Shown here piece by piece: positions 10,664 to 20,179 of a stretch of DNA of 64,000 nt. The number at the start of each line of letters is the position of its first letter. Position 1 is the stretch's first letter. The stretch is taken from the NCBI GenBank assembly GCA_963664405.1, contig OY761158.1, positions 5,216,001 to 5,280,000 of the forward strand, read 5' to 3'. The DNA comes from Thermoanaerobaculia bacterium (lineage in GTDB: Bacteria; Acidobacteriota; Thermoanaerobaculia; Multivoradales; Multivoraceae). Under the pieces are notes generated by a model. That model saw only the letters and a list, made by a program, of their open reading frames with translations. It was not told the DNA's origin and searched no databases. Made by a program: the position numbers and the translations under genes.

Positions 10664-11038
10664 ATGATCGGTTACGTCACTATCGGCACCAAGGACATGG
10701 ACAGGTCGCTTGCCTTCTACGATGCGCTCCTCGCCGAGGTCGGCGCCAAGCAGGTCTTCGGCATGGACCGGATCAAGTTCTATGGCAACGAGCCTGGAGG
10801 CGCGATGCTCGCCATCTGTATCCCCCACAATGAAGAGGAGCAGAAGTGCGGTAACGGCAACATGTTCGCCATCCCCGGTGGCTCGCGCGAAGGGGTCGAC
10901 AAGCTCTACGCCAAGGCAATGGAGCTCGGCGCCACCGACGAGGGCGAGCCTGGCGAAAGAATGCCGGTCTTCTACGGCGCCTACGTCCGCGACCCCGACG
11001 GCAACAAGCTCTGCTTCTTCGAAATGAAGATGGGGTAG
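10664..11038 (+). CDS. VOC/glyoxalase family protein
   Basis: MIGYVTIG, GNGNM and FYGAYVRDPDGNKL. RBS GAGGAG. Confidence 0.9.
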   Translation: MIGYVTIGTKDMDRSLAFYDALLAEVGAKQVFGMDRIKFYGNEPGGAMLAICIPHNEEEQKCGNGNMFAIPGGSREGVDKLYAKAMELGATDEGEPGERMPVFYGAYVRDPDGNKLCFFEMKMG

Positions 11039-11132
11039 CGGCCCCCTGAAGCGGCCTGTGACAGTGCCTCAACGAGCGGCGCGGCCGCATCACCACCCCG
11101 CGCACACTCCGGAACGGCTGCCGGAGGGACGC

Positions 11133-12204
11133 TTACTGCGCCCAGGGGACTTCGCAGGCTTCGCCGATGCGGATCTCTTTGGTGACGAAGGTGTTGCGGT
11201 GGGGGCCGGCACACCAGGAGGGCATTACCATCGAGTAGAGGCCGCCGCCGCCGGCCACCACGACGAGGATGTCTTCGGGGCGGGAGAAGCAGTGCACGTC
11301 CTTCTCGTCGCTGATGCCGCGTGCCGGTACGTAGCTTTGAATCTCGGCCGCCGAGAAACTGGTTCGCTCGTATAGCTCGCTGCAGATGCGCTTGCGGTCG
11401 TAGCCGGCGGCGAGAAGGAGGCCCGCGTGGTCGGGGTTGAGGACCACGGTCGCGGCGCCGCCACGGATCCAGAAGTTGTTCGATCCCGGGTTTGCCAGAC
11501 AGACGGCGAGAGATCTGAGCAGTCTCGACGGCGTTTCGGGGTCGTCGGCGTCGCTGACCGCGATGACCGAGTGCGGGGCTTCGGCCCCGATTACGGTCAC
11601 GGTGCTCGTTTCGGCTGAGTAGCCCAGAGCAACGTGGAAAGGCTCGAAGGGGCTCGCCGCCTCATCTTCGGCGAAGCAGTAGGTGAACTTTCCCGGGTGG
11701 CCGTGCACGGCCATATCTGATGTACCGGCTCGGCCGCCGCCGATATTGATCATCGACAGGCGCAGCGCGCGGCCGATCGAGGCGTTAGCGCGATTCCCGG
11801 GACCGAAGACGCCGTAGCCTCCGGATAGCGGCCCACAGACCTGGGCGGCGGGTCCGTTGACGATCAAGAGCGGCGCCGTGCAGTGGGTCGTCGCCTGCAT
11901 CTCGGTGAGGTCGAATCGAGGGTCGAGAACCGCTTCGATCGCTGCCACTACGATCGGCATGTGCTGGGGCAGACAGCCGGCCATGACCGCCGATGTGGCG
12001 ATGCGCTCGAGGGTCGCGGCGCCCCCACCTGGGCCCATCGAGCCGAGCTCCAGATCCGCTTGGTAGTCCGCTCGCCAAGACCAAGGACTGCACCAGATCC
12101 GGAGTCGGAATAACGACCGGCAGACCGTCGGTGCAGCCGAGCTCGTGAAGCAGTTCGAGGGCCTCGATGCCGGAGGAGGCTTCGAGTAGAGATCCTGTCG
12201 CCAT
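11133..12204 (-). CDS. Conserved UGSC-associated protein of unknown function (about 356 aa), split by one +1 frameshift near 12061
   Basis: TDGLPVVIPT (ORF 11785..12204) joins AVMAGC/ATTH/PGNRANASIGRA/PGKF (ORF 11133..12038) if one A of CTACCAAGCGGAT is removed, giving ...GLPADLELGSMGP. Confidence 0.75.
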
Positions 12205-12213
12205 AGCGAAGGC

Positions 12214-12786
12214 TTAGGCGGTCACTTCGACCGGCGAAGCCTCGGCTCGAATCTGTCCTCTCAGCTCACCGCCCAGGGCGGTGACCAAGGTCGGGCCGAT
12301 CCTCTCGGCGAGGCGGCGCATAGCCTCTTTCCCGGTGCCCGCAACCGGATGCGGAAGCAAGAGGCGGGGTATGTCGGGCATGCCCGTGGCGCGTGCCACA
12401 AAGTCGCCTTGCTCTCGAAAGTCTTCGGTGACAAAGGCGACAACGGGGATACCCCGCCGGGCGAAAGCGATTCCGTCACGCACGGTGCCGGTAGTGCAGC
12501 TCCCTCAGTGACCCCAGGCAGTGACAACTACCTTGCATTCTTTGGCGATGCCATCGAGAAGCTGATCACTGGCCAAGGAGGACGCATTGCCCTTGTTGAA
12601 TCGCTTGCACTGCGCTGCGGGTAGGAGCTCGGCCAGCACTTCTTCGACCCGGTCGAGAAACGCCTCGGAGTCGGGGAACCCGTTGGCAAGCAGGCCGATC
12701 GTCGGGCTGCCGGCTAGATCGGCGCTGAGAGTGTAGGGCTCGGGGCTGGCGCCCGGCTCTGCTCGAGGGTCGAGGAATTGGATCAT
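12214..12786 (-). CDS. UGSC-family selenoprotein (190 aa, Sec at TGA 12505-12507)
   Basis: ORF 12505..12786 (MIQFLDP...TAWGH) reads through TGA in frame into GSCTTGTVRDG...GIP...PHPV (ORF 12214..12483), giving the U-G-S-C motif. A downstream hairpin is present. Confidence 0.88.
12473..12485 (-). promoter_or_regulatory. Putative bacterial SECIS hairpin of the UGSC gene
   Basis: mRNA CCGU-GCGUG-ACGG. The first loop G is 24 nt after the UGA. Confidence 0.55.
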
Positions 12787-12843
12787 TGTGTAGCTCCCTG
12801 CTTCAATAGTACACGGGAGAGTGCACTGTCTGCAGCCCCATCG

Positions 12844-13917
12844 TCAGTAGTGGTTGATGATGTGAGTGGCGAAGTCGGCGAAGTTCTCTCTCGCGCTGGC
12901 CATCGGCGGGAGCAGGGTCACTTCTTTGAGGCCCGCTTCCTCGAGCTCGCGGAGCCTTGCGATGATCTCTTCCGGCGTCCCCACGAGTCCGCCGGAGGCG
13001 CGGATCAGCTCGGGCGTCATGAACTTCCGCTCGGCAGGGACCAGATAGGTGCAGTGACCTTCATGTACCCGCATATGGGGGTGCCCTTCGAGGGTCTCGG
13101 TGTAGGCCAGGTACTGTTCCCAGAGGTCTCGGATCTCCGGCCGGATGAAGCTGTCGGTGCCCCGCTGCTTGGCCAGCTCCCACCAGAAATGGAGTGCTGA
13201 GGAGACCATCGAGCCCACCTCGTCGATGACCCGGTCTGAGCGCAGATCCTCTCCCGGCCGCAGCACGCAGGCGAAGCTCAGAGCGGCGGTGTGGTAGCTG
13301 TCGTCGAGCTTCCTACCCGAGGCTTCCGCTCCAGCGGCCACGATTCCGAGGTTCTGCTGGAAGACGGCCGGCGGCTCGCCTCCTCCGGAGACGCGCCCGT
13401 CTCCATGGGCTCCGGCGATCCCCAGCGCCAACGGTCCATTCGCCGCTACATAGATCGGCACCGGGTTCGCAACGTTGACGAAGCCGAGCTCCTGATGGAG
13501 GAACTGGATGGGTCGAGTCACCCCGTCGAGCGTGTACTCGACTTCGTCGCCGCGGAGGAGTGCACGCACCACTCGTACATATTCACCAAAGGCCTTGGGC
13601 TTGACCGGGTCCATTCCCATCACCCGCATCGCGGTGTGGCCGGTGCCGATGCCGAGGAAGACCCGCCCCGGTGCGATCCGGTTGATGCTCGCGATCGAGT
13701 GCGCGGTGACCGGTGCGATCCGAGTTCCGGCGATCGCGACCCCTGTCCCCAGTCGAATGGTGGATGTGTGTTGGGCCGCCAGAGCCATGGTGGCGTAGCA
13801 GTCGGACCAGATCATCTGCGAGTCGGGAAACCAGGCGTTGTCGTAGCCGAGGCTCTCGACATAAGGGATCAGTTGCCAATCGTCGATTTTGGTGGCAACC
13901 ATCGCGCCGAACTTCAT
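12844..13917 (-). CDS. LLM-class flavin/F420-dependent oxidoreductase (Mer-like)
   Basis: GYDNAWFPDSQ, IRLGTGV, APGRVFLGIGTG and PIYVAANGP. RBS AAGGAGG before the ATG at 13917. Confidence 0.88.
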   Translation of the reverse strand: MKFGAMVATKIDDWQLIPYVESLGYDNAWFPDSQMIWSDCYATMALAAQHTSTIRLGTGVAIAGTRIAPVTAHSIASINRIAPGRVFLGIGTGHTAMRVMGMDPVKPKAFGEYVRVVRALLRGDEVEYTLDGVTRPIQFLHQELGFVNVANPVPIYVAANGPLALGIAGAHGDGRVSGGGEPPAVFQQNLGIVAAGAEASGRKLDDSYHTAALSFACVLRPGEDLRSDRVIDEVGSMVSSALHFWWELAKQRGTDSFIRPEIRDLWEQYLAYTETLEGHPHMRVHEGHCTYLVPAERKFMTPELIRASGGLVGTPEEIIARLRELEEAGLKEVTLLPPMASARENFADFATHIINHY

Positions 13918-14080
13918 CGGGACCTCCTTGGAGAAGAGGACTGAGTGTAGCTCGACTTCGGGGCTTGCCGACGCTTTCGAAAATGATCCCCCTTTTCCTC
14001 CGCGGCTGGATATCATGGCGCTGCCTGGCCAGCGAGATTGCCTTCCCAGCTGGCTCCATCCCGAAAAAGAGCAGACTTCG

Positions 14081-15499
14081 ATGAGCGCCACCACCCGGCT
14101 CGAGAACCAGGGCCGCGCCGGTCAGCGCCTGGAGCAATTCCAGAGCAACCCGCGGCGTGCGCTGTGGACGCTGGCGCTGCCGATCATGATCGGGATGTCG
14201 ATCTACACCGCCTACATGATCGCCGACATGATCTTTGTCGGCATGCTCGGCCCTGATGCCCTCATCGCGGTTGCCTTCAACATGCCCCTGCTCTTCTTGG
14301 CGATGGGCGCAACCTTCGGTCTCGGCAGTGCGGTGACCGCGCTGATCGCCAGGGCGATCGGAGCCAAGGACGACCGAAGGGCCGACCTGGTCGCCCAGCA
14401 CTCGACCCTGGTCGGGGTGGGGATGACGGTCGTTTTCATCTCCATCGGCTTCGGCTACGGAGAGAAGCTACTGCTCGGGATCGGAGTGCCGCCCGACTTG
14501 CTGCCTCTCGCCTGGGAGTACTTCTCGGTGCTGGTGGCCGGCTTCGCCTTCCAGGTGCTTTCCATCCTCTTCCGCTCGATGTTCAGCGGCGAGGGCGAGG
14601 TCAAGCTGCCGGTGACGATCCAGGCCGTGGCGACGGTGGTCAATATCGTGCTCGATCCGATCTTCATTTTCGGGCTCGACATGGGAGTGCGGGGTGCGGC
14701 GGTGGCAACCGTGGTCACTCAGGCCGCTGTGATGTTGACCTTCGCCTGGCTTCTCTTCATCCGCAAGCGCGCTCACGTCGACCTCTCCTTCCGGGGCTTT
14801 CGTATTGACAGCGACATCGTTGGAGACCTGATTCGGATCGGCGCTCCCGCTTCGCTCTCTTTCGTGGTGATGGCCGCCGGGGGCACCGCCTTCAACAGGA
14901 TCCTGGTAGAGCGCTCGCCCGATGCGGTGGCGGCGTTCCAGATCGGGGGACGGGTCGACCACCTGGTCATATTGCCTCTGGTGGCGATGGCCTCGTCGTT
15001 GGTCACCCTGGTGGGCATGTTCTCCGGCGCCGGCCGACTCGACCTTGCCGAACAGGTCGTCCGTTACGCGATGGGACGAGGCTTGTTGCTCGCCATTGTG
15101 GCCTCGACGCTCTTTCTCGTGTTCGCCCCGTGGCTGGTGGCACCCTTCACCGACAGCGAGTCGATCCGGAGCTACGCGGTGCAGTATCTGCGCTTCGCTT
15201 CGCTCGTCTTTCCCGCTTTTCCGTTCTCGATCATGATCGGCCGCGCCCTTCAGGGTCTGGGTCACGGTACCCCGGAGCTGGTGTTGAGCCTGATGCGGGT
15301 GCTGTTGATCTCCGTCCCCTTGGCGGCGCTCGCCGTCTTTCGCTTCGGTCTCCCCATCCACTTTGTCTGGATGGCGATGATCATCGGCGGGTGGACGTCG
15401 GCCGTGGTCGCTCTGCAATGGTGGCGTCTTGCGATCCGGGCGGCGATCCGCGACGCCGGGGAACCGTTGTCGCCTCTCGTCGAAGTGCCGGTGGCTTGA
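14081..15499 (+). CDS. MATE family efflux transporter
   Basis: LALPIMIG...ADMIFVG, NIVLDPIFIFG.DMGVRGAAVAT and about 12 TM segments. Confidence 0.9.
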   Translation: MSATTRLENQGRAGQRLEQFQSNPRRALWTLALPIMIGMSIYTAYMIADMIFVGMLGPDALIAVAFNMPLLFLAMGATFGLGSAVTALIARAIGAKDDRRADLVAQHSTLVGVGMTVVFISIGFGYGEKLLLGIGVPPDLLPLAWEYFSVLVAGFAFQVLSILFRSMFSGEGEVKLPVTIQAVATVVNIVLDPIFIFGLDMGVRGAAVATVVTQAAVMLTFAWLLFIRKRAHVDLSFRGFRIDSDIVGDLIRIGAPASLSFVVMAAGGTAFNRILVERSPDAVAAFQIGGRVDHLVILPLVAMASSLVTLVGMFSGAGRLDLAEQVVRYAMGRGLLLAIVASTLFLVFAPWLVAPFTDSESIRSYAVQYLRFASLVFPAFPFSIMIGRALQGLGHGTPELVLSLMRVLLISVPLAALAVFRFGLPIHFVWMAMIIGGWTSAVVALQWWRLAIRAAIRDAGEPLSPLVEVPVA

Positions 15500-15602
15500 C
15501 GTCAAGGCGACGAGTCGGCAGACTCCTTTTCCGTTCATCGCTCGGCGTCGTGCCAACGGACGGCTGGAATAGAGAGTTTTCTGATCATGAGAGGGCAAGT
15601 CC

Positions 15603-16373
15603 ATGGGTGAGTACTGCAAAGTCGAAAAGTCCGACCACGTCCTGACGGTCACCTTGAATCGTCCCGAGCGACTGAATGCGCTCCACCCTCCAGCGAATGT
15701 GGAGCTTGGAGAGGTTTTCGACGACTATGCGGCCGACCCCGACATGTGGGTGGCGATCATCACCGGTGAGGGCCGCGGCTTCAGTGCCGGCAACGACCTG
15801 CGCTATCAGGCCGAGGGTGGCGAGCGAATGGCGACGCCGCGCGGTTTCGGTGGGCTGTCGTCGCGCTTCGATCTCACCAAGCCGGTGATCGCGGCGGTGA
15901 ATGGCGTCGCGATGGGTGGAGGGTTCGAGATCGCTCTTTCCTGCGACATCATCCTGGCGTCGGAGACTGCCAGGTTCGCCCTGCCCGAGCCCAAGGTCGG
16001 GCTTGCCGCGCTGGCCGGTGGACTCCAGCGGCTGCCCAGGACTATCGGTCCGAAGCGGGCGCTGGGCATGATCCTCACCGCCCGCCATGTGTCGGCGCAG
16101 GAGGGCTATGAGCTCGGTTTCGTAACCGCCGTGGTCCCGCCCGAGGAGCTGATGGATACCGCGAACCAATGGGCCGGGATGATTCTCGAGTGTGCTCCGC
16201 TGTCGATTCGAGCGAGCAAAGATGTGGTTTATCGCAGTCTCGATATGGCCTCGCTGGAGGAGTCGATGGCGGTCAAGTACGAGTCGGTGCAGGCCCTGGT
16301 TGGGAGCGAGGACTTCGTCGAGGGGCCCAAGGCCTTCGCAGAGAAGCGGGCACCGAATTGGAAGGGGCGTTAG
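15603..16373 (+). CDS. Enoyl-CoA hydratase (carnitinyl-CoA dehydratase CaiD-like)
   Basis: LNRPERLNAL, FSAGNDL, AMGGGFE, ALPEPKVG and EKRAPNWKG. Confidence 0.9.
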   Translation: MGEYCKVEKSDHVLTVTLNRPERLNALHPPANVELGEVFDDYAADPDMWVAIITGEGRGFSAGNDLRYQAEGGERMATPRGFGGLSSRFDLTKPVIAAVNGVAMGGGFEIALSCDIILASETARFALPEPKVGLAALAGGLQRLPRTIGPKRALGMILTARHVSAQEGYELGFVTAVVPPEELMDTANQWAGMILECAPLSIRASKDVVYRSLDMASLEESMAVKYESVQALVGSEDFVEGPKAFAEKRAPNWKGR

Positions 16374-16377
16374 CGCT

Positions 16378-17400
16378 ATGACCAGAACCACGATCGTCAT
16401 CGTCGCTCTTCTGGCACTCGCTCTGATCGCGTCGGTAGCGATGGCTGCCGATAGCGAGATCCCGAGAACCGCCGCCGGAAAGCCGGATTTCTCCGCCACC
16501 TACGACATCTCCAGCCTGACGCCCTTCGCCCGGCCCGAGAAGTTCGGTGAACAGCTGTTCTTGACCCGAGAAGAGGCGGAGGCGATCGAGAAAGCCGCCG
16601 CTGAGCGGACCGCCGAACGGGCCGTCGCCAGCGCTCCCGATAGGGACGCTCCCAAGGCGGGTGGCAGTGTCGGTGCCTACAACGACTTCTGGTTCGAGTG
16701 GGGCACTGACACCTTTTCGGTCGACGGCAAGTATCGGACTTCGATCCTGACCGACCCACCGAATGGCCGGATGCCGTCGCTGACCGACGCGGGCAAGGCC
16801 CGATTGGCGGCTCTGCCTCGCTTTGCCTGGCAGAACAAAGGATATGCCTGGTGGCTGGAGTCGGGAGACACGCCCTACGACGGCCCCGAGAACATGGTGC
16901 TAGGCGTGCGCTGCATCTTCCAACCGACGGCCACGGTTCCTGCACGCCCGCTGCCCTACAACAACCTCAAGACCGTCGTGCAGACCGACACCCACCTGAT
17001 GATCAACGTCGAGTGGATGCACTGGACCCGAGTGGTCCGCCTCGACGCCGAGCACCTGCCGTCGAACATGCGCTCGCTAGCCGGCGACTCGATCGGTTGG
17101 TGGGAAGAGGATACGTTGGTTGTCGAGACCATCAACTTCCTCGACTCGCCAGGTGTACCGAGAGAGCTTCGTGTCGTCGAGCGTTTCAGCCCTATCGACG
17201 GGGCCGCCTTGCTCTATCAGTTCACGGTCGAGGACCCCGACTATGCGGCCCCCTACAGTGGGGAGCTGGTGTGGCCGAGAACCGAGGGGCGCAGCTTCGA
17301 GTATGCGTGCCACGAGGGCAACTACGCGATGGGGAACACGCTTCGAGGCGCGAGATTGCTCGAGCAGGAGTGGCAGTCGGAGCAGTCCGCCTCCAAGTAG
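16378..17400 (+). CDS. Conserved exported hypothetical protein
   Basis: Signal peptide, PRTxxGKPD, GDSIGWWEEDTLVVET and EYACHEGNY; recognisable as an uncharacterised conserved family. Confidence 0.75.
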   Translation: MTRTTIVIVALLALALIASVAMAADSEIPRTAAGKPDFSATYDISSLTPFARPEKFGEQLFLTREEAEAIEKAAAERTAERAVASAPDRDAPKAGGSVGAYNDFWFEWGTDTFSVDGKYRTSILTDPPNGRMPSLTDAGKARLAALPRFAWQNKGYAWWLESGDTPYDGPENMVLGVRCIFQPTATVPARPLPYNNLKTVVQTDTHLMINVEWMHWTRVVRLDAEHLPSNMRSLAGDSIGWWEEDTLVVETINFLDSPGVPRELRVVERFSPIDGAALLYQFTVEDPDYAAPYSGELVWPRTEGRSFEYACHEGNYAMGNTLRGARLLEQEWQSEQSASK

Positions 17401-17420
17401 CGCGGAGCTGTCGGACTGGT

Positions 17421-18239
17421 CTAGTCGCGAAAAGGTTTGTCGCCTGTCACCGTGACTCGGATACCGCTGCGGGTTTCGGGGTGGTAGTCCCAGATCGCCA
17501 GGTGCTGGGTGCATCGGTTGTCCCAGATCGCCACCGAATCCGGCTGCCACTGAAAGCGGCATTGAAAGGCCGGGTTGCGAGCGTGCTCGAAGAGAAAGTC
17601 GAGTAGCGCACGGCTCTCGCCGGAAGAAAGCTCGTTGATACGTCGGGTGAAACCGCCGTTGACGAAGAGAGCCCTTTTCTTCGTTACAGGATGGGTCCGT
17701 ATCACCGGGTGCGCCGCCTCTGGGGACTCGCGCTGGGGCGCATGGTCGCCGTAGTAGCCTGAGTAATTCGCTCGGTGAGTGGCGGTCAGCGGCTCGAGGA
17801 TCTCCTTCATCTTCGGAGATAGAGCGTCGTATGCGGCGTACATGCTCGCCCATAGGGTGTCGCCCCCGTGTGAAGGAATCTCGTGGAGGTGGAGGATCGA
17901 CGCCATCGGAGGCTTTTCGTCGGCGGAGACGTCGGAGTGCCACCCGGCCCCGTTGTTCCTGAACGAGTCCTTGTCGGTGTGGATGACCATCAGCTCGGGC
18001 TGATCGTGCGCGTAGGGTGCGGCAGGATGGATGTGGAGCTCGCCGAAGCGCCGTCCAAAGGCGAGGTGCTGCTCAGGCGTCATCTTCTGATCCCGAAAGA
18101 AGAGGACCAGATGATCCATCCATGCTTGGTGAATCTCCGCGAAGAGCTCATTGCTGATCGGGCCGGTCAAATCGGCTCCGCTGACGACGCCTCCGATTGT
18201 TGGTGTCAGTGGCTCCACCTCGATGTGTCGATAGTCCAT
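17421..18239 (-). CDS. tauD: TauD/TfdA family 2-oxoglutarate/Fe(II) dioxygenase
   Basis: WHSD (HxD), GGDTLWA, HPVIRTHP and WDNRCTQH motifs. Confidence 0.85.
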   Translation of the reverse strand: MDYRHIEVEPLTPTIGGVVSGADLTGPISNELFAEIHQAWMDHLVLFFRDQKMTPEQHLAFGRRFGELHIHPAAPYAHDQPELMVIHTDKDSFRNNGAGWHSDVSADEKPPMASILHLHEIPSHGGDTLWASMYAAYDALSPKMKEILEPLTATHRANYSGYYGDHAPQRESPEAAHPVIRTHPVTKKRALFVNGGFTRRINELSSGESRALLDFLFEHARNPAFQCRFQWQPDSVAIWDNRCTQHLAIWDYHPETRSGIRVTVTGDKPFRD

Positions 18240-18303
18240 TTCCTTTTTCCTCTTTGAGAGACTCCTACTTTATCCCCTGACTCTACTCCGGTAGGGTCGT
18301 GCA

Positions 18304-19650
18304 GTGAACTCTTTCGACCCCCTACGCTCTTCGGCGCCACTGATCGTCTATATCGACGTCAAGAGTCCCTTCGCTTACGTGGCGAGGGATCCGACCTACG
18401 CGCTCGGGGGAGAGCTCGGCATCGAGATCGATTGGCGGCCGCTGACCTTGGACATTCCGAGTTATCTCGGATCGGCCCGGCTCGACTCTCAGGGAAATGT
18501 GGCGGAGAGCGAGCGCACCGACGAGCAATGGACTGCCGTTAAGTACGGCTATCGCGACGCCCGTCGTTACGCGGCGTTGAACGGCCACACTCTTCGCGGG
18601 ACGGTCAAGATCTGGGATTCTTCGCTCGCCGCCATCGGCATGATGTTCGCGAAGCGCCAGGGCCGCGAGATCGAGCGCAGGTACTTGGACCGTCTCTTCG
18701 AGCCCTTCTGGAAGCGAGAGCTCGATATCGAGAGCCCTGAGGTGATCGAGGGTGTGCTCGAGGAGGCTGGGGCCGAGACGGCCGCGTTCGAGACCTTCCT
18801 GGTAGGGGAGGGGCGCGAGCTTCATGACGCGATGCAGCGAGCGATCTTCGACGCCGGCATCTTCGGGGTCCCGAGCTACGTGGTCGAGGGCGAGGTCTTC
18901 TTCGGTCGAGAGAACCTGCCACTGGTGCGCTGGCTGCTGTCGGGGCAGACTGGGAGGGCGCCTGATATTGCGTATCGGCATTTGGCCGGGCCACCGCCGG
19001 ATGAACCGGCGCTCGCGACCCATTCGTCTTCGCGACCTCTTCGAGTCTGCATCGATTTCAAGAACCCCTACTGCTACCTGGCTCTCGAACCGACTTTGGC
19101 GCTGGCGTCGGAGCTGGATCTCGAGGTCGAGTGGCTGCCGTTCGTGGCCAGACCTGTTTTGCCCCCACCTCCGGCGAGCGCGGGCGACGATCGGGGTGCT
19201 CGGCACCTCCGCTTTCGCGGCGAGTATGAGGCCGGCGCTCTCGAGCGTTACGCTCGTATGAGGGGCCTCGTGATCGAGGATATCTATCGGTACCCCGACT
19301 CCTCGGTGGCGAGTATCGGCCTGCTCTGGGTCAGCCGACAGTCAGCCGATGTGCAGACACGCTTTGTCGAGTCGGTCTTCGGGCGCTACTGGCGCCAAGC
19401 GCTCGATCTCGCCGAGGTCGACGCTCTGACGGCTGTGATGACGGAGGTCGGTGCCGATCTCAGCGGGTGGAGCGACTACCTGCTCGGGCAAGGACCTCGA
19501 GATCTCTTGGCTCTTCGCTCGGAGCTCGGCTCCGCCCAACTCTTCCATGTTCCGAGCTATCTGGTGGAGGACGAGATCTTTCTCGGACGCGAGCATCTGC
19601 CGATGATTCGCTGGCTCTTGACCGACCGCCAAGGCCAGCCACCCATCTAG
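18304..19650 (+). CDS. Tandem two-domain DsbA/HCCA-isomerase (GST-kappa-like) protein
   Basis: Two homologous halves: YIDVKSPFAY...GIFGVPSY.VEGEVFFGRENLP and CIDFKNPYCY...LFHVPSY.VEDEIFLGREHLP. Confidence 0.8.
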   Translation: MNSFDPLRSSAPLIVYIDVKSPFAYVARDPTYALGGELGIEIDWRPLTLDIPSYLGSARLDSQGNVAESERTDEQWTAVKYGYRDARRYAALNGHTLRGTVKIWDSSLAAIGMMFAKRQGREIERRYLDRLFEPFWKRELDIESPEVIEGVLEEAGAETAAFETFLVGEGRELHDAMQRAIFDAGIFGVPSYVVEGEVFFGRENLPLVRWLLSGQTGRAPDIAYRHLAGPPPDEPALATHSSSRPLRVCIDFKNPYCYLALEPTLALASELDLEVEWLPFVARPVLPPPPASAGDDRGARHLRFRGEYEAGALERYARMRGLVIEDIYRYPDSSVASIGLLWVSRQSADVQTRFVESVFGRYWRQALDLAEVDALTAVMTEVGADLSGWSDYLLGQGPRDLLALRSELGSAQLFHVPSYLVEDEIFLGREHLPMIRWLLTDRQGQPPI

Positions 19651-19827
19651 CCTGGATTATTCATGAAGCTCCTACTACGGTGCCGCAGCTGCCCGAATCT
19701 ACTGCGTTGCGCTCTGTCGCGCCCCTCGACGTATTGCCCAATACGCCTGCGGTGCTCTCGGTCGCGACGCCTTGTATCTTCGGGCATCTGCGGCACCTCG
19801 CTACGGACCTCATGAATAGTCCAGGCT
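19649..19827. mobile_element. MITE-like palindromic non-coding element (179 bp)
   Basis: Terminal IRs AGCCTGGATTATTCATGA / TCATGAATAGTCCAGGCT (17/18 match), a nested internal IR GGTGCCGCAG.TGCCCGAA / TTCGGGCA.CTGCGGCACC, a central CGTATTG-CC-CAATACG hairpin, and CTAG on both flanks. Confidence 0.7.
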
Positions 19828-19910
19828 CTAGCCGGGCCCGCTTCAGGTAGGATCGAGATCTTGTCGTTTGGACGACTTCACGAGCCCTGACTTCATCAGA
19901 GAGAGATCCC

Positions 19911-20179
19911 ATGAGCGGCCCATTTGCAGGCCTTCGCGTCATCGAGCTCGGTCGGTTTATTGCCGCTCCCTACTGCGGCCAGCTGTTTGCCGACGGCGGA
20001 GCCGACGTGATCAAGGTCGAACCGTGAAGCTCTCGGAGACACCGTTACGAGCGAGCGCGGCATCGCCAACCCTCGGTAAGCATTCGGTCGAAGTGTTGCG
20101 GGAGGCGGGGCTGAGTGAGGACGAGGTGTTGGCACTCATCACCCGTGGAGTCGTGGTAGCACAGGAGGCTGCCCGATGA
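19911..20179 (+). pseudogene. CaiB/BaiF CoA-transferase with large internal deletion
   Basis: MSGPFAGLRVIELGRFIAAPYCGQLFADGGADVIKVEP* is fused out of frame to the family C-terminus VKLSETP....SPTLGKHSVEVLREAGLS...GVV. Confidence 0.8.
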
